A stretch of DNA of 64,000 nt. Origin: an uncultured Gammaproteobacteria bacterium. Lineage in GTDB: Bacteria > Pseudomonadota > Gammaproteobacteria > CAWCPV01. The notes under the pieces are model-generated. The model did not search any database, was not told the origin of the DNA, and saw only the letters and a program-made list of their open reading frames with translations. This document shows positions 32,444 through 42,807 of this stretch, piece by piece. The stretch is taken from the NCBI GenBank assembly GCA_963797555.1, contig CAWCPV010000004.1:608001-672000 (forward strand), read 5' to 3'. The first letter of the stretch is position 1. Every line of letters starts with the position of its first letter. A program made the position numbers and the translations under genes.

Positions 32444-32660
32444 GGATAGACGGACGATGTCCGCCTATCCCCCGAACGGATGCCTGCCGTCCCCGGCCCC
32501 GTCAGTCATCGAGTATGATGCAAGTGGCTGTTCGTCCGAGCGAACGACGCCGTCCGAGGTGACCCGCATGGTCCAGCGGCTCGGGGCACGGGCTTGCGGG
32601 ATAGGCGGACAATGTCCGTGTTTAAACACGGACAACGTCCGTCTACTCATATGTTAGCGC
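32444..32660 (+). other. attI region of the integron
   Basis: Crossover G|TTAGCGC at 32653 is the exact complement of the first attC R'' (GCGCTAAC); repeats GGATAGRCGGACRATGTCCG at 32444 and 32599; palindrome TGTCCGTGTTTAAACACGGACA. Confidence 0.7.
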
Positions 32661-33534
32661 CCAGGTGGAACCCAATTGCAAGAGGAGAAGATAAGATGCC
32701 TACTGAAACGGAAATTACAGCAGTTGCCGAGATGGAACTAAAAGCTCTGTTGACGGAGCTATCTGAAGGAGAGCTGATTGCGTTAGAGCTTGAAGTAGTT
32801 GAGGATGCAATCAAAGATCCGATATTCCAGGTTAGTGATTGTCAAGTTGAGGTTTCGAGCGCCACTGAAGAAGAGCTGCTCTCCCTAAGATCTCAACTTG
32901 AGCAAACAGGCCTTGCCCCTGACAAATCAGACGGCTTCATCAAGGGACTTGCCAAGCGTTTCGGAGGCAAGTATGCAGACGTTCTCGGCTTTAGACCAAT
33001 TCCTCCAGGGGAAAGCAATCCGGACCTATCGTCGATTGACATGCTCTTTGGTCGCGTGCACATGCCTACCGTAAAGGGGTTTACTACCAAACTGACTATT
33101 GAGCGAGAACAAGAAAAAGAGACCGATATAAGCATCAAGATTAACGGTTTCGGGGCAGGTGGCAGCAAATCATTTGCTTGCAAAATAAGTCAATCTCAAA
33201 CAATTAGCGCAATTCCGGTTAATCTAGTAATTCCTGTATCTGTTAAGATCGACAGGTTTGAGAATTCGGCAGGAGATTATTTCTATATATGCTATCCGGT
33301 GAACATTAGCCGAAATGTCGTCGCAAGGCGGACCAAGAATCAGTATGACTCGGAAGATGGATACAAAGAGCTCAGCAAGCTCCCTGGAATTCTGGATCGT
33401 TATGATACCACCGTACTATCCGAGCCGCAGCCGGTATCAGAGGTAACCGTTCAGACCCTCCCACCAGTTGATCGATGCGTTAAGAGCGCGTCCAGCGCAG
33501 CAGAGCCGCTCGGCTTGTCGTACACTCCCGGCTC

Positions 33535-34262
33535 ATGGATCAAGAGCCCTCTATTCCGCAGGCGCGCAGGCGATCACGGCGAGCGGCCGGAGCTTTACCG
33601 AAGAGGAGATCTCCGCCATCGTCCGAATGGTGTCGATGTGCGTGGGCCTGAGTCGTTTTGAGCTGGCGCAGACCATCTGTGAGCTGCTGGGGTGGAGACG
33701 GGACAACGGAGCCCTGAAGTCCCGCGAGTGTCGGGATCTACTGGAGCGGTTGGAAGCTCGGGGGGATCTGGGGCTTCCCGCCAAGCGCACGGGCAGGCCC
33801 AAGGGGCGGCGCACCTGCACTGCGCAGACCGATCGGGGCGAACGCCGCGGCGAGATTGCCGGTGCGCTGCAGGAGGTGGCCCCGGTGGAGCTTCAGTTAG
33901 TGCGCCAGGCCGAGGGACGGGCATTTGTGGCGCGAGCTTCTCGCGCGCTATCACTACTTGGGCTATGCCACACCCTTTGGGGCCCAGTTGGTCTATCTCA
34001 TCCGCTCCCAGCGCCGGGAGGGGGAGGTGTTGGGCGGGCTCACCTACACCAGCCCGGCCTGGCGCATGCAGGCCCGCGATGCGTGGATCGGCTGCGCTTT
34101 GCCGGGACCTGCTACCGGGCGGCCAACTGGTGCGAGGTGGGCGAGACCAGCGGACGCGGGCGCATGGACCGTGCGCACCAACGCCATGGCAGAGCGATAA
34201 AGCGGGTCTTCCTCTACGCTCTGCACCCGCAGGCCAGAGAGCGCCTGCGCGGTGAGCGCTGA
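33535..34262 (+). pseudogene. DUF4338 (DruA-like) passenger gene, frameshifted and internally deleted
   Basis: LSRFELAQTICELLGWRRDNG, RYHYLGY, AWRMQARDAWIG joined directly to RFAGTCYRAANWCEVGETSGRGR. Confidence 0.75.
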
Positions 34263-34264
34263 AC

Positions 34265-35834
34265 TCAAGCGGGCGCAGGAAGCGGCGGTGCCTCAAAGCC
34301 GCGGCGTCGGTGGGCGAGGACATCTCTGAGATAGCACAGCGGGGAGCTCAATCGCAGCCGAGAAGTCTCGATCACACTGGCGAGCAGCGCCAGCGCCCGG
34401 CTGCCTTGTTCGCTGCGGGTCCCCTGGCTGATGCGACGCAGAATCACCCAGTGACGCAGCGCCCGCTCCGCCACGTTGTTGGTCAGCGGCAGCTGAGGCT
34501 CATCCAACACCCGGAAGATCGCCCCCCAGTCGTTGAGCAGCTCCTTGCCCAGCGCCTGGGCCTTGTCATAAGGGCAGCAGCTCATGCGTTCACACAGGGC
34601 CGTGAGCTCGTTGAGTCTCGCCCGGGTGGGCTTGCCGCAGGGAGCCGCCCGGTCCCTCGCGGGCGTGATAGACGGCCTGCATCAGCGCATCGAGCAGGTC
34701 ATAGACCGCCTGGCCGTAGCCCTGGAGGGTGGGCGAGAGGCAATCCCTCAGGCCCCGGGCCTTGCGAATGAGATGCGCCCAGCAACGCAGGCGCTTGGCA
34801 TAGTCCCGATAGACCTGGTACCCATCGCTCATCAGATAGCCGCAGAAGAGATCCTCGATGAGGTTCTGAAACATCTCTTTGGCGCGAGAGCCGACCAAGA
34901 ACAGCGCCGTCGAGGCCGAGATGAACACCCATAACCACAAGGGCTCTCCCCATTGCTTGTGCGGTGTCTCATCGGCATGCATGAGGGCCGCTTCCAGCAA
35001 CTGGGTCACCAGCTCATCCTCGACCGGCTCGCAGGCACGGGCGGTCTCCATCACGCATTGGTGGAGGGTGCCGATGCCGAGCGCCAGCCCAAACACCTCG
35101 TGCAGGAACTCCCGGACCAGGCGGATGGACAGGCGCATCCGAAACCGCAGCCAGACGATGAAGGCGCACAATCCCGGCCCCACCAGGCGCCACTCGCCAA
35201 GCTCCACCCCTCGCCAGCATCCCAAGTGCTCGGGCGCGCGGTGCGGCGCCTGCCGGGTCTCATGACCACAGTCGCAACGGCTCTGGTAGTATACCTGCCG
35301 CGTGCAGGTCAGGCGCAGCCCCGGCGCCTGCTCATCGCCAAAGACCAAGTCCAGCCTATCAAAGGCGGTGTAGGGCTTCGCCTGCTCAGGATTGAGCGCC
35401 CCACCACACAGCGCACAACTTCCCGGCCGATGATGGTCCCAATCGGTGACTGTCAGCTTCTGGGCGCGCCCGAATCCCTGGGAGCCAGGCTGCCGGCCCG
35501 CTCGGCGCTGCGTCCCTGAGGTCTTGCCACTCGTGTCCTTTGCGCCCTTCTGGCCGCCAGCCCCGGGGAGGCCATCCTCCTCAGAACGGCTCTTGGCCTC
35601 CTCGTCCTCAGGACCGGCGTCGGCCTCTTCGTCCTCCCGCGCACGCAGCCAGGGGTCTTGACTGCTCGGCGGACGAGAGCTATTGGAGGGACTCTGATTG
35701 AGCCGCTCCCACGCTTCCTTGAGATCCTGCAGCAGGCGGATGCTCAGCGCTGCCAGCGCATCGGGATCCTTCTGCCTCAGCTCCAGAATGCGCTCCTCGC
35801 TGAGCTGACGAAGGTCGTGCTCCTTGAGCACCAT
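34265..35834 (-). pseudogene. IS66 transposase, frameshift near 34600
   Basis: NSSRPPSSQD, HADETP, MSDGYQVY, RLRCWAHLIRK, TNNVAERALR, GTRSEQG. Confidence 0.88.
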
Positions 35835-36175
35835 GATTGTGTGTGACAGTGAGGTCGAGGAACATCCTGCCAAGGGCACCCAACTGTCTCACGCTGGAAC
35901 CGTTTTGTCCAGCCCTCCGGGTCAAAATATTCCAGGGGGGTGAACGGTTACTATCAGAGTGGTTAAAAGAATCTACAAAAATAGATTTAAGCGCGGACAT
36001 TGGCTCGCTTCTTGGCATACCTGGAGTAGTTAGAGTTTCTGGTGTGGCAACGGTAAGAAATACGCTGCAAGTTTCATACTCGTTGCCTGTTGGTCATGAG
36101 TTTGCGTCGCATGTCCAGAATGAAAAGTATTTCAAACATATCTGGGCAACTAAATACTAGCTTGGAAACGCGCTA

Positions 36176-38105
36176 ATCGGGTAGCCGGGGGTGTTTAACC
36201 CCCAGCCCCCACACCACCACGGCATGCGGGTCCGCACCGGGCGGTTCACAAAAGCGGAGCACCCGACGACATCAAGCATAGCCATGGGCACGGAGCCACA
36301 AAGCGCGTACCGATATCAAGCCCTGGCGTTCCAGCCAGTCGTTGGTCATCCCGGTCTGTGTGGCCAGCGTCTTCGACAGGTGCCAGTAGCTTTGGGAGCT
36401 GAGCGCCGTCAGAATCGCATGGCGTTTACCGGTACCCAGGGCCAGGAGATTTCGGACCTTGGTGCGCACCCGACGCCACTGTTTCCAGTAGCACATGCGG
36501 ATGCGCCGCCGCAGCCATGGGTCAATCTCTGGGATGGGACGGTAGTAGTCCGAGATACCGAAGTAGTTCATCCAGCCCCTGACGTAGCGGGTGAGCCGGT
36601 CGAGGCGGTAGTCCATCGAGACTCCCCAGGAGCGCCCGGTCAGTTTCCGGACACGGTGCCTGAAGTCCTCGAAGGCTTGGTCGGACCAGCGCAGCTTGCT
36701 TCCACGGAACGTGAATCCCAGGAATTCCACCGCGTCGGTCTTGACCACCCGGCTCTTGGACTCGTTGACCACCAGCTTGAGGCGGGTGGTCAAGAACCGC
36801 GTGATGCTGGCCTTGACGCGTTCACCGGCGCGCTCGCTTCTGACCAAGATAAGCAGGTCATCGGCGTATCGCGCGAAGCGGTGTCCGCGCCTCTCCAGCT
36901 CCTTGTCGAGGTCGTCCAACAGGATGTTGGCCAGCAACGGCGAGAGCGGCCCGCCCTGAGGCGTGCCGAGTTCCGTTGCCTGGATGCACTCCCCGACCAG
37001 TACGCCCGAGCGCAGGTAGCGGCCTATCAGGGCGAGGAGGCAGGTGTCCTTAACCTTCCTCGCCACCCGGGCCATCAGGACATCGTGGTTCACTTGGTCG
37101 AAGAATTTCTCCAGGTCAAGGTCCACGGCGAACCGATAGCCCTCGCCGATATACCGCTGCACCTGGCGCAATGCTCCATGGGCGCAACGTCCCGGTCGGA
37201 AGCCGAAGCTCGACGCCGAGAAGTCCGGGTCGAACAGCGGCGTGAGGACTTGCCCGATAGCCTGCTGGATCACCCGGTCGAGCACCGTCGGGATACCCAG
37301 CAGCCGTTCGCCCCCATTCGGCTTCGGGATACTCACGCGTCTCACCGGCTGGGGTTGATAGGTGCCATCGAGCAGGGCTTGGCGGATAGCGGACCAGTGC
37401 AGCCGTGCAAACGCCGGGAAGCCCTCAAGGCGCATCCCGTCAACGCCGGGCGCCCCCTGGTTGGCCTTCACCCGCTTCCATGCGCGCTTGAGGTTTGCGC
37501 GGTCCACCACCCGCACCATGAGGTCGTCGTGCAAGGCTGGCTGCGCAAGCACACGCCGGTCAACAACTCCCCCGGACGGGTTCAACATCGAGACCGAGTG
37601 ACTCACGGCTCCTCCTTGTACTCTCGTGTTCGGCCCTTCACCGGAAGTCCCTCCTGGACGCCTCGGCTACTACGGCCTCTGCTGACTTCTGCCCGGTCAC
37701 GCCGCGCGTTGCCGCGGGGCGCGCTGCCGAAGGCGGGCGGTAGGGTCCGGTGGTCGCCCCAGGGCTTTCGCCCTGGACCTCAGTCCGGCTCCCATAGCCC
37801 GATCCGGCCGCAGGCCGGACAGACCTCCCCGAATAAGGACATGGACTATCGGTGCACAACCGCCGCATTTACCCTATCTCCTGTACCCGGTGGGCTTCGT
37901 CATCTTGTGCTGACTCGCCCGGAGACTAAGCCTTCTACGCGGTTTCTGTTCGTCGGCTCGCACCTTTGCGCTCGGGCTTCCTTCAGACCGCCCCTCGCGG
38001 GACCGCCCTTGCCGTCGGCTAGTAGTTGTATCTGTCCCGAGGGACATACCAGGTACTCCTACAGGGGACTCTCACCCCATCAGTCCATGCCCATGCCGGG
38101 CGTAC
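36176..38105 (-). mobile_element. Group IIC-attC intron (1930 nt)
   Basis: 5' end GTACGCCCGGCATGGGC after exon TTGT; domain V/VI then CCCGAT 3' end; inserted in the attC bottom strand at TTGT|TAG. Confidence 0.92.
36272..37606 (-). CDS. Group II intron reverse transcriptase/maturase (class C, no endonuclease domain)
   Basis: [54 protein letters not shown]. Confidence 0.95.
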   Translation of the reverse strand: MSHSVSMLNPSGGVVDRRVLAQPALHDDLMVRVVDRANLKRAWKRVKANQGAPGVDGMRLEGFPAFARLHWSAIRQALLDGTYQPQPVRRVSIPKPNGGERLLGIPTVLDRVIQQAIGQVLTPLFDPDFSASSFGFRPGRCAHGALRQVQRYIGEGYRFAVDLDLEKFFDQVNHDVLMARVARKVKDTCLLALIGRYLRSGVLVGECIQATELGTPQGGPLSPLLANILLDDLDKELERRGHRFARYADDLLILVRSERAGERVKASITRFLTTRLKLVVNESKSRVVKTDAVEFLGFTFRGSKLRWSDQAFEDFRHRVRKLTGRSWGVSMDYRLDRLTRYVRGWMNYFGISDYYRPIPEIDPWLRRRIRMCYWKQWRRVRTKVRNLLALGTGKRHAILTALSSQSYWHLSKTLATQTGMTNDWLERQGLISVRALWLRAHGYA

Positions 38106-38198
38106 ACAATGCGTTGCAGGTAACGTCTGTCCCGCTACGCGTGCCAGACGCACCTGAATACAACCGTTATGTTTTAAAAGGAAGATGAGGACTAGTTG

Positions 38199-39002
38199 AT
38201 GGCTGTGCAAAAAGCATTTCACGAAGGATTTGCACGCTTCTTTGAAGCGCCTTCTCGAGAAGCACTACGTGATCTTTTAAAACACAGTGTGGGCGAAACA
38301 GATCACATTGATTTTAAGGCAGAATTACCGGAAAAGGCTAAGTTAGCAAAGCATTTTCTAGCATTTGCCAATAGTGGAGGCGGAGCCCTTATTGTTGGCG
38401 TTACAGATGGTGAGTTGATGGAGCCAGTTGGTATTTCACAACTTACAGACAAGGCTGATATCCAAAAAATGGTATCGCCATACTTACCGGACTCTCTTCA
38501 ATATGAGGTTTTCGATTTTTCTTTCACTGAATCGGAATACCCAACTATCAAGGGAAAAACATTTCAGGCCATTCTTATTGAATCAAATGACAAAGACCTG
38601 CCGTACGTTTGCAAGCGAAACGGTGATTCGATACGAGAAAATGTTCTTTATGTAAGAAAAGGCACAAATTCAACAGAAGCAAACCATGATGATTTTCAAA
38701 AAGTTATAAATAAGCGCCTAGATACAGGATATTCTTCAACAAGAACACTTAGCCTAGAAGAGCATCTTGAACAGTTAAAATTATTGTATAAAGAAATACC
38801 CAGAACTATAAAGATACCAAAAGAAGGCGCATTCGATCAGCTACATGCGTTCGCGCGCATCGCAGGCGACATGCAGAATTTATTCGGAAAGCTTTACGAA
38901 ACTAAGCCAAATCCTGAATTCCCATCTGAAGACTATGATACGTTTGTACTTAGGCTGATTGATATGAAGAAGGCTCGTATCAAGCAGGAAATTGAGGTAT
39001 GA
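38199..39002 (+). CDS. Cassette 2: Schlafen/AlbA_2 domain protein
   Basis: ETDHIDFK, AFANSGGGALIVGVTD, YVRKG; AT-rich; flanked by attC sites. Confidence 0.85.
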   Translation: MAVQKAFHEGFARFFEAPSREALRDLLKHSVGETDHIDFKAELPEKAKLAKHFLAFANSGGGALIVGVTDGELMEPVGISQLTDKADIQKMVSPYLPDSLQYEVFDFSFTESEYPTIKGKTFQAILIESNDKDLPYVCKRNGDSIRENVLYVRKGTNSTEANHDDFQKVINKRLDTGYSSTRTLSLEEHLEQLKLLYKEIPRTIKIPKEGAFDQLHAFARIAGDMQNLFGKLYETKPNPEFPSEDYDTFVLRLIDMKKARIKQEIEV

Positions 39003-39003
39003 A

Positions 39004-39084
39004 ACATAACAAGGCCGTAAACTCGGACGCATTTTTTGTTTGCTGCGCTCACTACAAATGCGCCGGTTACGGCTGGCGTTGGGC
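39004..39084 (+). other. attC site 2
   Basis: R'' ACATAAC (complement of the preceding GTTATGT), imperfect palindrome, R' GTTGGGC. Confidence 0.9.
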
Positions 39085-39175
39085 GGCCGCTGGCACCGCC
39101 TCGCTTGATCGACCGCTGGTTGGGGACGACCCTACCCCTCGCCGCTCTGCAAGGAGAAACGGAAGGAGACCTCAC

Positions 39176-40030
39176 ATGAGAGCCAAGCTACAGCCACAAA
39201 TCGCCGTCTTCGCCAGGAACCACCTTCCCTATCTCGATTACGCCACTTCCGTTGCGAGCGATGATTCGGAACGGAAGGTCACATTTCGCAGTCGCAAGGC
39301 GTGGAGCGGCGCGAAACGGGCGCTTGAAGCCCTCGGGCGCCTCCCGGTGTTCTTTGCGGTCGTCGGTCAAGCCGACGTTCGCTATAAGGCGACTCTCCAA
39401 GAGATCCAGCTCAACCCTCGCACTGACGATGTCGATACGCAGCGACTACTGAGACTTGTTCCACCACAAACTGAAGGCGAGGGTCTCTGGGACGAGGCCG
39501 TTCACACACTCTACGTGGTCTCAGGCTGCTATCGTATCGACCAGCCACGGCCACTCTCAAGCCTAAATCTGGCCGACGACGGTTCACCCCTGTCTGAGAA
39601 CTTCAAATACTCATACGCCCTCGTGCGTGACGAAGCCATCGACATTCGGGACAGGCCAGCGCCCGACACGGCGCCACCTCCCGCACGGGTGGACGCTACC
39701 ATATCGCGGATCATTCGGGATACGGCTCTCGTCTGTAGGCTAAAGGCCTTCTACAATGATACGTGCCAATTGTGCGGCACACGGCTCACCCTTCGCAATG
39801 GCCGGGGCTATTCAGAGGGGCATCACCTGCGCCCCCTCGGCGCGCCACACGACGGACCGGACGTAGCCGACAACATTGTCATCGTCTGCCCGAACTGCCA
39901 TGCCCTTCTGGATCGCTGCTCCCTAACACTCGAGACCATTCCGAAATGCCATCCCGACCACCCGATCAGCCAGCTCTACATCAGCTACCACAACGCCCTG
40001 CCGGAACCGGGAGCGCAAGCGATCCGCTGA
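39176..40030 (+). CDS. Cassette 3: HNH endonuclease with an uncharacterised N-terminal domain
   Basis: CQLCG..SEGHHLRPL..GPDVADNIVIVCPNCHALLD; AAGGAG RBS. Confidence 0.88.
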   Translation: MRAKLQPQIAVFARNHLPYLDYATSVASDDSERKVTFRSRKAWSGAKRALEALGRLPVFFAVVGQADVRYKATLQEIQLNPRTDDVDTQRLLRLVPPQTEGEGLWDEAVHTLYVVSGCYRIDQPRPLSSLNLADDGSPLSENFKYSYALVRDEAIDIRDRPAPDTAPPPARVDATISRIIRDTALVCRLKAFYNDTCQLCGTRLTLRNGRGYSEGHHLRPLGAPHDGPDVADNIVIVCPNCHALLDRCSLTLETIPKCHPDHPISQLYISYHNALPEPGAQAIR

Positions 40031-40041
40031 AGCAAAGGGCC

Positions 40042-40099
40042 GCCCAACAACCGCTTGCACCGGACTCGCTTCGCTCGCCGGTGAAGCGAGGCGTTCGGC
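40042..40099 (+). other. attC site 3
   Basis: GCCCAAC-AACCGCTTGCACCGG...CCGGTGAAGCGAGGC-GTTCGGC. Confidence 0.92.
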
Positions 40100-40128
40100 G
40101 TCACATGCAACGATGAGGTTCGCTCCGA

Positions 40129-41016
40129 ATGTCCGTTAAGAATCGCATCCTCCAAGAACAGCGGGATTGGGCTACCGCGTTGGATCTGGAAGTCGATTCC
40201 AGAGGCTACCTCAGTAGCTATCAACTCAATCTCTTTCGGCCGCTGAATCAGAAATCGCTGGAGGCCTTTAACCGTGGTAGTGGTTCGGAGTTGAAGGACA
40301 CGCCGAGGAAACCGGCCAAGATGCGGGCGCTTCATTCATCTTCGGCATTGGCCGTGAACGTCTTTGATACATGGATGGATAGAAACGCCTCGCCGCTGCT
40401 GTCTGTCCTGAACTTGGAGCCGGGGGAAGTGGATGTTCATTTCGAAGAGCAATATCCCACCGGGCTTCCTGGCAATCCACCAAACCTCGATGTCGTGCTG
40501 AGGAGGTCCGGCGGTCACGTCATCGCCATAGAAAGCAAGTTTACAGAGTGGCTAACGCCGAAAGCCAAAAAGGCGCCCCCGCTCAAGGACAAATACTTTC
40601 CGAAAGGTGCCGGTGTCTGGGAGCAAGTCGGCCTTCCCAGGAAACAGCAATTTGCGGCGGCGCTCCACGCTGGAGAGGTCGTCTTCCGTCATCTGGATGC
40701 ACCGCAGCTCATTAAGCATAGTCTCGGCCTAGCCACACACTTGGGCCGCGACTTCTCGCTTCTGTATGTGTTCTATGATGCCGATGGTGTCGAAGGGGAA
40801 GTGCATCGGTCTGAGATCTCTATATTCGCAGCTCAGGTCGGTTCCGAGTTCGGATTTCAAGCCATTTCCTACCAGCAGGTGTTCCCCGAATTGGCGGCGC
40901 GACATGACGCACCCGAGGAATATCTCAGCTATCTGAAGGCGAGGTATTTCTCAGGAGACGCCGAACAACGCGTTGCAGGTGACGTTTGGCCCACTGCGCG
41001 CGCCAGCCGCGCCTGA
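40129..41016 (+). CDS. Cassette 4: PD-(D/E)xK putative restriction endonuclease (PGN_0703-like)
   Basis: HSSSALAVNVF, HFEEQYP, PPNLDVV..AIESKFTE, DAPQLIKH; stop codon lies inside attC4. Confidence 0.75.
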   Translation: MSVKNRILQEQRDWATALDLEVDSRGYLSSYQLNLFRPLNQKSLEAFNRGSGSELKDTPRKPAKMRALHSSSALAVNVFDTWMDRNASPLLSVLNLEPGEVDVHFEEQYPTGLPGNPPNLDVVLRRSGGHVIAIESKFTEWLTPKAKKAPPLKDKYFPKGAGVWEQVGLPRKQQFAAALHAGEVVFRHLDAPQLIKHSLGLATHLGRDFSLLYVFYDADGVEGEVHRSEISIFAAQVGSEFGFQAISYQQVFPELAARHDAPEEYLSYLKARYFSGDAEQRVAGDVWPTARASRA

Positions 41017-41031
41017 ACGCAGGCGTTCGGC
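40960..41031 (+). other. attC site 4
   Basis: GCCGAAC-AACGCGTTGCAGG...CCTGAACGCAGGC-GTTCGGC. Confidence 0.9.
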
Positions 41032-41052
41032 GTCTTAGTGTTAGAGAAGCGC

Positions 41053-41370
41053 AATGGGGTCAGACATGATAATCTGTGCTATGCTTCGTGCAGTCACTTC
41101 ACGACCTGAACCGCCATGGCCCGCCTTCCCCGCTACGTCATCCCTGGGCAGCCGCAGCATATCATCCAGCGCGGCAACAACCGCCAGGTGATCTTTGCCG
41201 CGGATGCGGACTATCAGTTTTTTCGCGATGCCCTGGTGGAAGCGGCAAGTGAGCATGGTCTGTCGATCCACGCGTATGTCTGGATGACCAACCACATCCA
41301 TCTTCGGGCCACACCTGAAGGCGACCACAGCATCAGCAAAGTGCTCCAGTCAGTGGGTCGGCGTTATGTG
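41053..41370 (+). mobile_element. Y1/RAYT-like element type A, 3'-truncated (gene from 41116)
   Basis: Left TIR AATGGGGTCAGAC; MARLPR..HIIQRGNNRQ..MTNHIH; close paralogue of 45581-46288. Confidence 0.88.
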
Positions 41371-41396
41371 GGAATGTGGAATGGGGTGTGGAATGG

Positions 41397-41950
41397 GTAG
41401 AGTAGAGGGCAGGTGTCCGAGACCGTAGGCTGGGCCTATCTGTTTCCGCCCCTTTCGTCTGGCGGTGCCTCAAGAGCCCATCCGTAGCCGCAGTAGCCAG
41501 CCCCCTCTCATCAAACCGTGCATACGGTTTTCCCGTACACGTTCCGATGCTCTTCACGCCAGGGCATGCGCCGTGCGCCAGGGTGCCGTCGTCGCCAGCT
41601 TGAAGAGTCCATAACGGGCAGGTGCTCTCCGGACGGGAAAGCGCCGGTACGCCTGCGCCCGGCTGAGGAGCTTGTGGCGCCGACGCAGATGAGTACGTAC
41701 CCGCTCTTCCACGTGCAGCTTCACCTTGGACAGTGCCTGAGTGCAGTTGCGGTGGTGAAAGTAGTGGCTCCAGCCCCGCAGGCTCCGGTTCAGCTCCCCG
41801 ATGATCTGGGGCATCGGCACCGGGGTCCGCCGTCGAGGAGTCAACTGCTTGGCACGGTCTTTGATGCGCTGCACCGAGCGCTTCGACGGTTCCACATGCG
41901 GGTAGCGTTTGCCGCTGTGGCGACTGCGCCGCAGGCGGAAGCTGAAGCCG
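41397..41950 (-). mobile_element. Group II intron 3' fragment (second family; maturase C-terminus plus DV/DVI)
   Basis: ELNRSLRGWSHYF; domain V GTGTACGGGAAAACCGTATGCACGGTTT; ends CTCTAC before 3' exon CCATT. Confidence 0.85.
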
Positions 41951-41956
41951 CCAGCC

Positions 41957-42783
41957 AAAGGGGCCAGGGTCGCATTATTTTGCTATGATAAGTCCAATGC
42001 CCCGCCGCCCCCGCATCCATCTTGATCGCGTACCGCTGCACATCGTGCAACGCGGGCACAACCGCCAACCGTGCTTCTTTGGCGAAGAAGATTATCAGGC
42101 ATACCTCCACTGGTTGGGCGAAGCGTTGAAGAAAGAGCAATGCGCGCTTCACGCCTACGCGTTGATGACCAACCACGTCCACCTGCTTCTGACGCCGGAA
42201 CATGCCCAAGCGGTTCCCCGGCTAATCATTGCCTTGGGGCGGCGCTACGTGCAGTATATCAACACCACCTACCGCCGGACCGGCACCTTGTGGGATAGCC
42301 TGGGATAGCCGTTACAAATCCTCGCTGATCCAAGCCGAAACCTACTTGCTTGCCTGCCAGCGATACATCGAGCTCAACCCCGTACGGGCGGCCATGGTGG
42401 ATGATCCTGCGCATTACCGCTGGACGAGCTACCGTCACAACGCCCTGGGGCAGGTCAACCCTTGCCTTACCCCCCATCCTCTGTATCTGTCGCTGGGCAG
42501 GGATGCGAAGGAAAGGCAAGCTGCCTACCGGAGCCTGTTCCGGGCGCAACTGGACCAAGAAGCGGTCAACGACCTACGGCTGGCGCTCAATCAGAATCAG
42601 CCTTTGGGCAATGCACGGTTTTATGCCAACATTGAGGCAGCGACCGGCCAACGGCGGGAGCCGAAGCCGCGAGGCAGGCCGTGTGCCCGGCGAGACGACT
42701 CCGTCGCGGCATGACCCAGGTCAGGGAGAACTGGCGGTATGAATGCAGTTTATGCAGCAGAAATATGCGAGCCTGGCCCCTTT
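41957..42783 (+). mobile_element. Y1/RAYT-like element type B copy 1 (827 bp; gene from 41997, frameshifted)
   Basis: TIRs AAAGGGGCCAGGGTCGCAT / ATGCGAGCCTGGCCCCTTT; HIVQRGHNR, MTNHVHLL, YIELNPVRA; 10-bp duplication at 42291-42310. Confidence 0.9.
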
Positions 42784-42807
42784 AATCGCTTTAATCGCGG
42801 TCAGAAC

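Larger units (their letters stand above)
33443..35951 (-). mobile_element. IS66-family element (single-transposase, ISBst12-like) carrying a DUF4338 gene
   Basis: TIRs GTAACCGTTCA / TGAACGGTTAC; 8-bp target duplication TATCAGAG (33435-33442, 35952-35959). Confidence 0.92.
32696..36160 (+). pseudogene. Cassette 1 gene (315-aa hypothetical, beta-rich) interrupted by IS66
   Basis: Removing 33443-35959 rejoins ...PQPVSE|WLKESTK... in frame; AGAGGAG RBS; lower GC. Confidence 0.85.
36170..38172 (+). other. attC site 1, split by the group II intron
   Basis: Rejoining 36175/38106 gives GCGCTAACAATGCGTTGCAGG...CCTGAATACAACC-GTTATGT. Confidence 0.85.

Noticed and set aside
33535-34262. A Druantia system inferred from DUF4338
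   Set aside because: The gene lies inside IS66 TIRs, is broken, and has no adjacent druB-E genes
36272-37606. RT as a retron, DGR or defence RT
   Set aside because: It has a maturase domain, flanking DV/DVI and precise intron boundaries in attC; no msr/msd or TR/VR pair was seen
36191-38188. 665-aa plus-strand ORF
   Set aside because: Antisense shadow of the intron RT and ribozyme
38999-39175. N-terminal extension of the HNH ORF (also 42739, 43812 and 32594 starts)
   Set aside because: These extensions translate attC, TIR or attI DNA; better starts lie downstream
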